Source: Eledone cirrhosa (Eukaryota). Taken from it: DNA of 64,000 bases. Shown here piece after piece: positions 1 through 11,940 of the stretch. The translations under genes and the position numbers were made by a program. The notes beneath the pieces were generated by a model that had not been told where the DNA came from, did not search any database, and saw only the letters and a program-made list of their open reading frames with translations. The stretch is taken from assembly GCA_964016885.1 (NCBI GenBank), contig OZ024743.1:339326001-339390000 (forward strand), given 5' to 3'. Numbering within the stretch: position 1 is the first letter of the stretch; the number at the start of each line of letters is the position of its first letter.

Positions 1-3000
1 CACTCCTTCACTCTACCAAGTGGAGTTGAGAGTCTATATCTCTCTTACATACACTCCTGCAATCTACCAAGTGGAGCTGGGAGTCTATATCTCTTACATA
101 CACTCCTGCACTCTACCAAGTGGAGTTGGGGGTCTATATCTCTCTTACATACACTCCTGCACTCTACCAAGTGGAGCTGGAGTCTATATATCTCTTACAT
201 ACACTCCTGCACTCTACCAAGTAGAGTTGGGGGGCCTATATCTCTCTTACATACACTCCTGCACTCTACCAAGTGGAGTTGGGGTCTATATCTCTCTTAC
301 AATACATTTCTGCACACTACCAAGTGGAGTTGGGGGTCTATATCTCTTACATACACTCCTGCACTCTACCAAGTGGAGTTGGGGGTCTATATCTCTCTTA
401 CATACACTCCTGCACTCTACCAAGTGGAGTTGGGGTCTATATCTCTCTTACATACACTCCTGCACTCTACCAAGTGGAGTTGGGAGTCTATATTTCTCTT
501 ACATACACTCCTGCACTCTACCAAGTGGAGCTGGGGTCTATATATCTCTTACATACACTCCTGCACTCTACCAAGTGGAGCTGGAGGTCTATATATCTCT
601 TACATACACTCCTGCACTCTACCAAGTGGAGATGGGGTTCTATATCTCTCTTACATACACTCCTGCATTCTACCAAGTGGAGTTGTGCATCTATATCTCT
701 TACATACACTCCTGCACTCTACCAAGTGGAGCTGGGGTTCTATATCTCTCTTACATACACTCCTGCACTCTACCAAGTGGAGCTGGGGTTCTATATCTCT
801 TACATACAATCCTGCCCTCTACCAAGTGGAGTTGGGGGGTTCTATCTCTCTTACATACACTCCTGAACTCTACCAAGTGGAGCTGGGGTTCTATATCTCC
901 CTTACATACACTCCTGCACTCTACCAAGTGGAGCTGGGAGTCTATATCTCTTACATACACTTCTGCACTCTACCAAGTGGAGCTGGGAGTCTATATCTCT
1001 CTTGCATACACTCCTGCACTCTACCAAGTGGAGTTGGGAGTCTATATCTCTTACATACACTCCTGCACTCTACCAAGTAGAGTTGGGGGGCCTATATCTC
1101 TCTTACAAACACTCCTGCACTCTACCAAGTGGAGTTGGGGTCTATATCTCTCTTACAATACATTTCTGCACTCTACCAAGTGGAGTTGGGGGTCTATATC
1201 TCTTACATACACTCCTGCACTCTACCAAGTGGATTTGGGGGTCTATATCTCTCTTACATACACTCCTGCACTCTACCATCGGAGTTGGGGTCTATATCTC
1301 TCTTACATACACTCCTGCACTCTACCAAGTGGAGTTGGGAGTCTATATTTCTCTTACATACACTCCTGCACTCTACCAAGTGGAGCTGGGGTCTATATAT
1401 CTCTTACATACACTCTTGCACTCTACCAAGTGGAGATGGGGTTCTATATCTCTCTTACATACAATCCTACACTTTACCAAGTGGAGTTTAGAATCTATAT
1501 CTCTCTTACATACACTCCTGCACTCTACCAAGTGGAGCTGAGAGTCTATATCTCTATTACATACACTCCTGCACTCTACCAAGTGGAGCTGGGAGTCTAT
1601 ATCTCTCTTACATATACTCCTGCACTCTACCAAGTGGAGCTGGAGGTCTATATCTCTCTTACATACACTCCTGCATTCTACCAAGTGGAGTTGTGCATCT
1701 ATATCTCTTTTACATACACTCCTGCATTCTACCAAGTGGAGCTGGGGTTCTATATCTCTCTTACATACACTCCTGCACTCTACCAAGTGGAGCTGGGGTT
1801 CTATATCTCTTACATACAATCCTGCCCTCTACCAAGTGGAGTTGGGGGGTTCTATCTCTCTTACATACACTCCTGAACTCTACCAAGTGGAGCTGGGGTT
1901 CTATATCTCCCTTACATACACTCCTGCACTCTACCAAGTGGAGCTGGGAGTCTATATCTCTTACATACACTTCTGCACTCTACCAAGTGGAGCTGGGAGT
2001 CTATATCTCTCTTACATACACTCCTGCACTCTACCAAGTGGCGCTGGGAGTCTATATCTCTCTTACATACACTCCTTCACTCTACCAAGTGGAGTTGGGA
2101 GTCTATATTTCTCTTACATACACTCCTGCACTCTACCAAGTGGAGTTGCGGGGTCTATATCTCTCTTACATACACTCCTGCACTCTACCAAGTGGAGCTG
2201 GGAGTCTATATCTCTTACATACACTCCTGCACTCTACCAAGTGGAGTTGGGGGTCTATATCTCTCTTACATACACTCCTGCACTCTACCAAGTGGAACTG
2301 GGGTCTATATATCTCTTACATACACTCCTGCACTCTACCAAGTGGAGCTGGGGCTTTATATCTCTCTTACATACACTCCTGCACTCTACCAAGTGGAGTT
2401 GGGGGTCTATATATCTCTTACATACACTCCTGCACTCTACCAAGTGGAGTTGGGGGTCTATATCTCGCTTACATACACTTCTGTACTCTACCAAGTGGAA
2501 CTGGGGTTCTATATTTCTCTTACATACACTCCTTCACTCTACCAAGTGGAGTTGGGGGTCTATATCTCTTACATACAATCCTGCCCTCTACCAAGTGGAG
2601 TTGGGGGGTTCTATCTCTCTTACATACACTCCTGCACTCTACCAAGTGGAGCTGGGAGTCTATATCTCTCTTACATACACTCCTGCACTCTACCAAGTGG
2701 AGCTGGGAGTCTATATCTCTCTTACATACACTCCTGCACTCTACCAAGTGGAGTTGGGGGTCTATATCTCTCTTACATACACTCCTGCACTCTACCAAGT
2801 AGAGTTGGGGGGTCTATATCTCTCTTACATACACTCCTGCACTCTACCAAGTGGAGTTGGGGGTCTATATCTCTCTTACGTACACTCCTGCACTCTACCA
2901 AGTGGAACTGGGGTCTATATATCTCTTACATACACTCCTGCAGTCTACCAAGTGGAGTTGGGGGTCTATATCTCTCTTACGTACACTCCTGCACTCTACC

Positions 3001-6000
3001 AAGTGGAACTGGGGTCTATACATCTCTTACATACACTTCTGCACTCTACCAAGTGGAGCTGGGGTCTATATATCTCTTACATACACTCCTGCACTCTACC
3101 AAGTGGAGCTGGTGTCTATATCTCTCCTACATACACTCCTGCACTCTACCAAGTGGAACTGGGGTCTATACATCTCTTACATACACTCCTGCACTCTACC
3201 AAGTGGAGTTGGGGGTCTATATCTCTCTTACGTACACTCCTGCACTCTACCAAGTGGAGCTGGGGTCTATATCTCTCTTACATACACTCCTGCACTCTAC
3301 CAAGTGGAGTTGGGAGTGTATATCTCTCTTACATACACTCCTGCACTCTACCAAGTAGAGTTGGGGTCTATATCTCACTAACATACACTCCTGCACTCTA
3401 CCAAGTGGAGTTGGGTGTCTATATCTCTCTTACATACACTCCTGCACTCTACCAAGTGGGGCTGGGGTCTATATCTCTCTTACATACACTCCTGCACTCT
3501 ACCAAGTGGAGTTGTGGTCTATATCTCTATTACATACACTCCTTCACTCTACCAAGTGGAGTTGGGAGTCTATATTTCTCTTACATACACTCCTGCACTC
3601 TACCAAGTGGAGTTGCAGGGTCTATATCTCTCTTACATACACTCCTGCACTTTACCAAGTGGAGCTGGGAGTCTATATCTCTTACATACACTCCTGCACT
3701 CTACCAAGTGGAGTTGGGGGTCTATATCTCTCTTACATACACTCCTGCACTCTACCAAGTGGAGCTGGAGTCTATATATCTCTTACATACACTCCTGCAC
3801 TCTACCAAGTGGGGCTGGGGTCTATATCTCTCTTACATACACTCCTGCACTCTACCAAGTGGAGTTGTGGTCTATATCTCTATTACATACACTCCTTCAC
3901 TCTACCAAGTGGAGTTGAGAGTCTATATCTCTCTTACATACACTCCTGCACTCTACCAAGTGGAGCTGGGAGTCTATATCTCTTACATACACTCCTGCAC
4001 TCTACCAAGTGGAGTTGGGGGTCTATATCTCTCTTACATACACTCCTGCACTCTACCAAGTGGAGCTGGAGTCTATATATCTCTTACATACACTCCTGCA
4101 CTCTACCAAGTAGAGTTGGGGGGCCTATATCTCTCTTACATACACTCCTGCACTCTACCAAGTGGAGTTGGGGGTCTATATCTCTCTTACAATACATTTC
4201 TGCACACTACCAAGTGGAGTTGGGGGTCTATATCTCTTACATACACTCCTGCACTCTACCAAGTGGAGTTGGGGGTCTATATCTCTCTTACATACACTCC
4301 TGCACTCTACCAAGTGGAGTTGGGGTCTATATCTCTCTTACATACACTCCTGCACTCTACCAAGTGGAGTTGGGAGTCTATATTTCTCTTACATACACTC
4401 CTGCACTCTACCAAGTGGAGCTGGGGTCTATATATCTCTTACATACACTCCTGCACTCTACCAAGTGGAGCTGGAGGTCTATATATCTCTTACATACACT
4501 CCTGCACTCTACCAAGTGGAGATGGGGTTCTATATCTCTCTTACATACACTCCTGCATTCTACCAAGTGGAGTTGTGCATCTATATCTCTTACATACACT
4601 CCTGCACTCTACCAAGTGGAGCTGGGGTTCTATATCTCTCTTACATACACTCCTGCACTCTACCAAGTGGAGCTGGGGTTCTATATCTCTTACATACAAT
4701 CCTGCCCTCTACCAAGTGGAGTTGGGGGGTTCTATCTCTCTTACATACACTCCTGAACTCTACCAAGTGGAGCTGGGGTTCTATATCTCCCTTACATACA
4801 CTCCTGCACTCTACCAAGTGGAGCTGGGAGTCTATATCTCTTACATACACTTCTGCACTCTACCAAGTGGAGCTGGGAGTCTATATCTCTCTTGCATACA
4901 CTCCTGCACTCTACCAAGTGGAGTTGGGAGTCTATATCTCTTACATACACTCCTGCACTCTACCAAGTAGAGTTGGGGGGCCTATATCTCTCTTACATAC
5001 ACTCCTGCACTCTACCAAGTGGAGTTGGGGTCTATATCTCTCTTACAATACATTTCTGCACTCTACCAAGTGGAGTTGGGGGTCTATATCTCTTACATAC
5101 ACTCCTGCACTCTACCAAGTGGATTTGGGGGTCTATATCTCTCTTACATACACTCCTGCACTCTACCATCGGAGTTGGGGTCTATATCTCTCTTACATAC
5201 ACTCCTGCACTCTACCAAGTGGAGTTGGGAGTCTATATTTCTCTTACATACACTCCTGCACTCTACCAAGTGGAGCTGGGGTCTATATATCTCTTACATA
5301 CACTCTTGCACTCTACCAAGTGGAGATGGGGTTCTATATCTCTCTTACATACACTCCTACACTTTACCAAGTGGAGTTTAGAATCTATATCTCTCTTACA
5401 TACACTCCTGCACTCTACCAAGTGGAGCTGAGAGTCTATATCTCTATTACATACACTCCTGCACTCTACCAAGTGGAGCTGGGAGTCTATATCTCTCTTA
5501 CATATACTCCTGCACTCTACCAAGTGGAGCTGGAGGTCTATATCTCTCTTACATACACTCCTGCATTCTACCAAGTGGAGTTGTGCATCTATATCTCTTT
5601 TACATACACTCCTGCATTCTACCAAGTGGAGCTGGGGTTCTATATCTCTCTTACATACACTCCTGCACTCTACCAAGTGGAGCTGGGGTTCTATATCTCT
5701 TACATACAATCCTGCCCTCTACCAAGTGGAGTTGGGGGGTTCTATCTCTCTTACATACACTCCTGAACTCTACCAAGTGGAGCTGGGGTTCTATATCTCC
5801 CTTACATACACTCCTGCACTCTACCAAGTGGAGCTGGGAGTCTATATCTCTTACATACACTTCTGCACTCTACCAAGTGGAGCTGGGAGTCTATATCTCT
5901 CTTACATACACTCCTGCACTCTACCAAGTGGCGCTGGGAGTCTATATCTCTCTTACATACACTCCTTCACTCTACCAAGTGGAGTTGGGAGTCTATATTT

Positions 6001-9000
6001 CTCTTACATACACTCCTGCACTCTACCAAGTGGAGTTGCGGGGTCTATATCTCTCTTACATACACTCCTGCACTCTACCAAGTGGAGCTGGGAGTCTATA
6101 TCTCTTACATACACTCCTGCACTCTACCAAGTGGAGTTGGGGGTCTATATCTCTCTTACATACACTCCTGCACTCTACCAAGTGGAACTGGGGTCTATAT
6201 ATCTCTTACATACACTCCTGCACTCTACCAAGTGGAGCTGGGGCTTTATATCTCTCTTACATACACTCCTGCACTCTACCAAGTGGAGTTGGGGGTCTAT
6301 ATATCTCTTACATACACTCCTGCACTCTACCAAGTGGAGTTGGGGGTCTATATCTCGCTTACATACACTTCTGTACTCTACCAAGTGGAACTGGGGTTCT
6401 ATATTTCTCTTACATACACTCCTTCACTCTACCAAGTGGAGTTGGGGGTCTATATCTCTTACATACAATCCTGCCCTCTACCAAGTGGAGTTGGGGGGTT
6501 CTATCTCTCTTACATACACTCCTGCACTCTACCAAGTGGAGCTGGGAGTCTATATCTCTCTTACATACACTCCTGCACTCTACCAAGTGGAGCTGGGAGT
6601 CTATATCTCTCTTACATACACTCCTGCACTCTACCAAGTGGAGTTGGGGGTCTATATCTCTCTTACATACACTCCTGCACTCTACCAAGTAGAGTTGGGG
6701 GGTCTATATCTCTCTTACATACACTCCTGCACTCTACCAAGTGGAGTTGGGGGTCTATATCTCTCTTACGTACACTCCTGCACTCTACCAAGTGGAACTG
6801 GGGTCTATATATCTCTTACATACACTCCTGCAGTCTACCAAGTGGAGTTGGGGGTCTATATCTCTCTTACGTACACTCCTGCACTCTACCAAGTGGAACT
6901 GGGGTCTATACATCTCTTACATACACTTCTGCACTCTACCAAGTGGAGCTGGGGTCTATATATCTCTTACATACACTCCTGCACTCTACCAAGTGGAGCT
7001 GGTGTCTATATCTCTCCTACATACACTCCTGCACTCTACCAAGTGGAACTGGGGTCTATACATCTCTTACATACACTCCTGCACTCTACCAAGTGGAGTT
7101 GGGGGTCTATATCTCTCTTACGTACACTCCTGCACTCTACCAAGTGGAGCTGGGGTCTATATCTCTCTTACATACACTCCTGCACTCTACCAAGTGGAGT
7201 TGGGAGTGTATATCTCTCTTACATACACTCCTGCACTCTACCAAGTAGAGTTGGGGTCTATATCTCACTAACATACACTCCTGCACTCTACCAAGTGGAG
7301 TTGGGTGTCTATATCTCTCTTACATACACTCCTGCACTCTACCAAGTGGGGCTGGGGTCTATATCTCTCTTACATACACTCCTGCACTCTACCAAGTGGA
7401 GTTGTGGTCTATATCTCTATTACATACACTCCTTCACTCTACCAAGTGGAGTTGGGAGTCTATATTTCTCTTACATACACTCCTGCACTCTACCAAGTGG
7501 AGTTGCAGGGTCTATATCTCTCTTACATACACTCCTGCACTTTACCAAGTGGAGCTGGGAGTCTATATCTCTTACATACACTCCTGCACTCTACCAAGTG
7601 GAGTTGGGGGTCTATATCTCTCTTACATACACTCCTGCACTCTACCAAGTGGAGCTGGAGTCTATATATCTCTTACATACACTCCTGCACTCTACCAAGT
7701 GGGGCTGGGGTCTATATCTCTCTTACATACACTCCTGCACTCTACCAAGTGGAGTTGTGGTCTATATCTCTATTACATACACTCCTTCACTCTACCAAGT
7801 GGAGTTGAGAGTCTATATCTCTCTTACATACACTCCTGCACTCTACCAAGTGGAGCTGGGAGTCTATATCTCTTACATACACTCCTGCACTCTACCAAGT
7901 GGAGTTGGGGGTCTATATCTCTCTTACATACACTCCTGCACTCTACCAAGTGGAGCTGGAGTCTATATATCTCTTACATACACTCCTGCACTCTACCAAG
8001 TAGAGTTGGGGGGCCTATATCTCTCTTACATACACTCCTGCACTCTACCAAGTGGAGTTGGGGGTCTATATCTCTCTTACAATACATTTCTGCACACTAC
8101 CAAGTGGAGTTGGGGGTCTATATCTCTTACATACACTCCTGCACTCTACCAAGTGGAGTTGGGGGTCTATATCTCTCTTACATACACTCCTGCACTCTAC
8201 CAAGTGGAGTTGGGGTCTATATCTCTCTTACATACACTCCTGCACTCTACCAAGTGGAGTTGGGAGTCTATATTTCTCTTACATACACTCCTGCACTCTA
8301 CCAAGTGGAGCTGGGGTCTATATATCTCTTACATACACTCCTGCACTCTACCAAGTGGAGCTGGAGGTCTATATATCTCTTACATACACTCCTGCACTCT
8401 ACCAAGTGGAGATGGGGTTCTATATCTCTCTTACATACACTCCTGCATTCTACCAAGTGGAGTTGTGCATCTATATCTCTTACATACACTCCTGCACTCT
8501 ACCAAGTGGAGCTGGGGTTCTATATCTCTCTTACATACACTCCTGCACTCTACCAAGTGGAGCTGGGGTTCTATATCTCTTACATACAATCCTGCCCTCT
8601 ACCAAGTGGAGTTGGGGGGTTCTATCTCTCTTACATACACTCCTGAACTCTACCAAGTGGAGCTGGGGTTCTATATCTCCCTTACATACACTCCTGCACT
8701 CTACCAAGTGGAGCTGGGAGTCTATATCTCTTACATACACTTCTGCACTCTACCAAGTGGAGCTGGGAGTCTATATCTCTCTTGCATACACTCCTGCACT
8801 CTACCAAGTGGAGTTGGGAGTCTATATCTCTTACATACACTCCTGCACTCTACCAAGTAGAGTTGGGGGGCCTATATCTCTCTTACATACACTCCTGCAC
8901 TCTACCAAGTGGAGTTGGGGTCTATATCTCTCTTACAATACATTTCTGCACTCTACCAAGTGGAGTTGGGGGTCTATATCTCTTACATACACTCCTGCAC

Positions 9001-11690
9001 TCTACCAAGTGGATTTGGGGGTCTATATCTCTCTTACATACACTCCTGCACTCTACCATCGGAGTTGGGGTCTATATCTCTCTTACATACACTCCTGCAC
9101 TCTACCAAGTGGAGTTGGGAGTCTATATTTCTCTTACATACACTCCTGCACTCTACCAAGTGGAGCTGGGGTCTATATATCTCTTACATACACTCTTGCA
9201 CTCTACCAAGTGGAGATGGGGTTCTATATCTCTCTTACATACACTCCTACACTTTACCAAGTGGAGTTTAGAATCTATATCTCTCTTACATACACTCCTG
9301 CACTCTACCAAGTGGAGCTGAGAGTCTATATCTCTATTACATACACTCCTGCACTCTACCAAGTGGAGCTGGGAGTCTATATCTCTCTTACATATACTCC
9401 TGCACTCTACCAAGTGGAGCTGGAGGTCTATATCTCTCTTACATACACTCCTGCATTCTACCAAGTGGAGTTGTGCATCTATATCTCTTTTACATACACT
9501 CCTGCATTCTACCAAGTGGAGCTGGGGTTCTATATCTCTCTTACATACACTCCTGCACTCTACCAAGTGGAGCTGGGGTTCTATATCTCTTACATACAAT
9601 CCTGCCCTCTACCAAGTGGAGTTGGGGGGTTCTATCTCTCTTACATACACTCCTGAACTCTACCAAGTGGAGCTGGGGTTCTATATCTCCCTTACATACA
9701 CTCCTGCACTCTACCAAGTGGAGCTGGGAGTCTATATCTCTTACATACACTTCTGCACTCTACCAAGTGGAGCTGGGAGTCTATATCTCTCTTACATACA
9801 CTCCTGCACTCTACCAAGTGGCGCTGGGAGTCTATATCTCTCTTACATACACTCCTTCACTCTACCAAGTGGAGTTGGGAGTCTATATTTCTCTTACATA
9901 CACTCCTGCACTCTACCAAGTGGAGTTGCGGGGTCTATATCTCTCTTACATACACTCCTGCACTCTACCAAGTGGAGCTGGGAGTCTATATCTCTTACAT
10001 ACACTCCTGCACTCTACCAAGTGGAGTTGGGGGTCTATATCTCTCTTACATACACTCCTGCACTCTACCAAGTGGAACTGGGGTCTATATATCTCTTACA
10101 TACACTCCTGCACTCTACCAAGTGGAGCTGGGGCTTTATATCTCTCTTACATACACTCCTGCACTCTACCAAGTGGAGTTGGGGGTCTATATATCTCTTA
10201 CATACACTCCTGCACTCTACCAAGTGGAGTTGGGGGTCTATATCTCGCTTAAATACACTTCTGTACTCTACCAAGTGGAACTGGGGTTCTATATTTCTCT
10301 TACATACACTCCTTCACTCTACCAAGTGGAGTTGGGGGTCTATATCTCTTACATACAATCCTGCCCTCTACCAAGTGGAGTTGGGGGGTTCTATCTCTCT
10401 TACATACACTCCTGCACTCTAGCAAGTGGAGCTGGGAGTCTATATCTCTCTTACATACACTCCTGCACTCTACCAAGTGGAGCTGGGAGTCTATATCTCT
10501 CTTACATACACTCCTGCACTCTACCAAGTGGAGTTGGGGGTCTATATCTCTCTTACATACACTCCTGCACTCTACCAAGTAGAGTTGGGGGGTCTATATC
10601 TCTCTTACATACACTCCTGCACTCTACCAAGTGGAGTTGGGGGTCTATATCTCTCTTACGTACACTCCTGCACTCTACCAAGTGGAACTGGGGTCTATAT
10701 ATCCCTTACATACACTCCTGCAGTCTACCAAGTGGAGTTGGGGGTCTATATCTCTCTTACGTACACTCCTGCACTCTACCAAGTGGAACTGGGGTCTATA
10801 CATCTCTTACATACACTTCTGCACTCTACCAAGTGGAGCTGGGGTCTATATATCTCTTACATACACTCCTGCACTCTACCAAGTGGAGCTGGTGTCTATA
10901 TCTCTCCTACATACACTCCTGCACTCTACCAAGTGGAACTGGGGTCTATACATCTCTTACATACACTCCTGCACTCTACCAAGTGGAGTTGGGGGTCTAT
11001 ATCTCTCTTACGTACACTCCTGCACTCTACCAAGTGGAGCTGGGGTCTATATCTCTCTTACATACACTCCTGCACTCTACCAAGTGGAGTTGGGAGTGTA
11101 TATCTCTCTTACATACACTCCTGCACTCTACCAAGTAGAGTTGGGGTCTATATCTCACTAACATACACTCCTGCACTCTACCAAGTGGAGTTGGGTGTCT
11201 ATATCTCTCTTACATACACTCCTGCACTCTACCAAGTGGGGCTGGGGTCTATATCTCTCTTACATACACTCCTGCACTCTACCAAGTGGAGTTGTGGTCT
11301 ATATCTCTATTACATACACTCCTTCACTCTACCAAGTGGAGTTGGGAGTCTATATTTCTCTTACATACACTCCTGCACTCTACCAAGTGGAGTTGCAGGG
11401 TCTATATCTCTCTTACATACACTCCTGCACTCTACCAAGTGGAGCTGGGAGTCTATATCTCTTACATACACTCCTGCACTCTACCAAGTGGAGTTGGGGG
11501 TCTGTATCTCTCTTACATACACTCCTGCACTCTACCAAGTGGAGCTGGAGTCTATATATCTCTTACATACACTCCTGCACTCTACCAAGTGGGGCTGGGG
11601 TCTATATCTCTCTTACATACACTCCTGCACTCTACCAAGTGGAGTTGTGGTCTATATCTCTATTACATACACTCCTTCACTCTACCAAGT
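1..11690 (+). repeat. Higher-order repeat, 3890-bp period (~77 monomers), 3 near-identical copies in the window
   Basis: ORF coordinates recur at +3890 (518/4408/8298; 1836/5726/9616; 3415/7305/11195). The rare variant CTCTACCATCGGAG occurs at 1271, 5161 and 9051, and GTGGCGCTGG at ~2038, 5928 and 9818. Periodicity breaks near 11698 (GTTGAGA vs GTTGGGA). Confidence 0.96.
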
Positions 11691-11940
11691 GGAGTTGGGA
11701 GTCTATATTTCTCTTACATACACTCCTGCACTCTACCAAGTGGAGTTGCAGGGTCTATATCTCTCTTACATACACTCCTGCACTCTACCAAGTGGAGCTG
11801 GGAGTCTATATCTCTTACATACACTCCTGCACTCTACCAAGTGGAGTTGGGGGTCTATATCTCTCTTACATACACTCCTGCACTCTACCAAGTGGAGCTG
11901 GAGTCTATATATCTCTTACATACACCCCTGCACTCTACCA
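11236..11940 (+). repeat. Local 7-monomer (353-bp) tandem duplication
   Basis: The order GTGGGGCTGG, GTTGTGG/CTATTAC/CCTTCAC, ATTTCTC, GTTGCAGG starts at ~11236 and again at ~11589. The same pair is seen at ~21661/22014 and in partial form at 3456/3809. Confidence 0.85.

Noticed and set aside
111-127. Iron-responsive element-like stem-loop
   Set aside because: The IRE needs a CAGUGN apical loop. Here the sequence is CAAGTG, with GTG paired in the stem, and there is no mRNA context.
121-135. Telomeric TTGGGG repeats or G-quadruplex array
   Set aside because: There is only one G-run per unit, separated by ~45 nt and often interrupted (GGGAG). It is not a tandem telomere repeat or a canonical G4 motif.
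131-140. TATA-box promoters (CTATATA)
   Set aside because: They are part of the (TA)n(TC)n slippage tract in every unit. No downstream gene or other support exists.
55-1470. Singleton variants in the first HOR copy (AATCTACC at 61, ACAAAC at ~1105, CAATCCTAC at ~1462) as meaningful signals
   Set aside because: Single occurrences cannot be distinguished from sequencing or consensus errors without reads.
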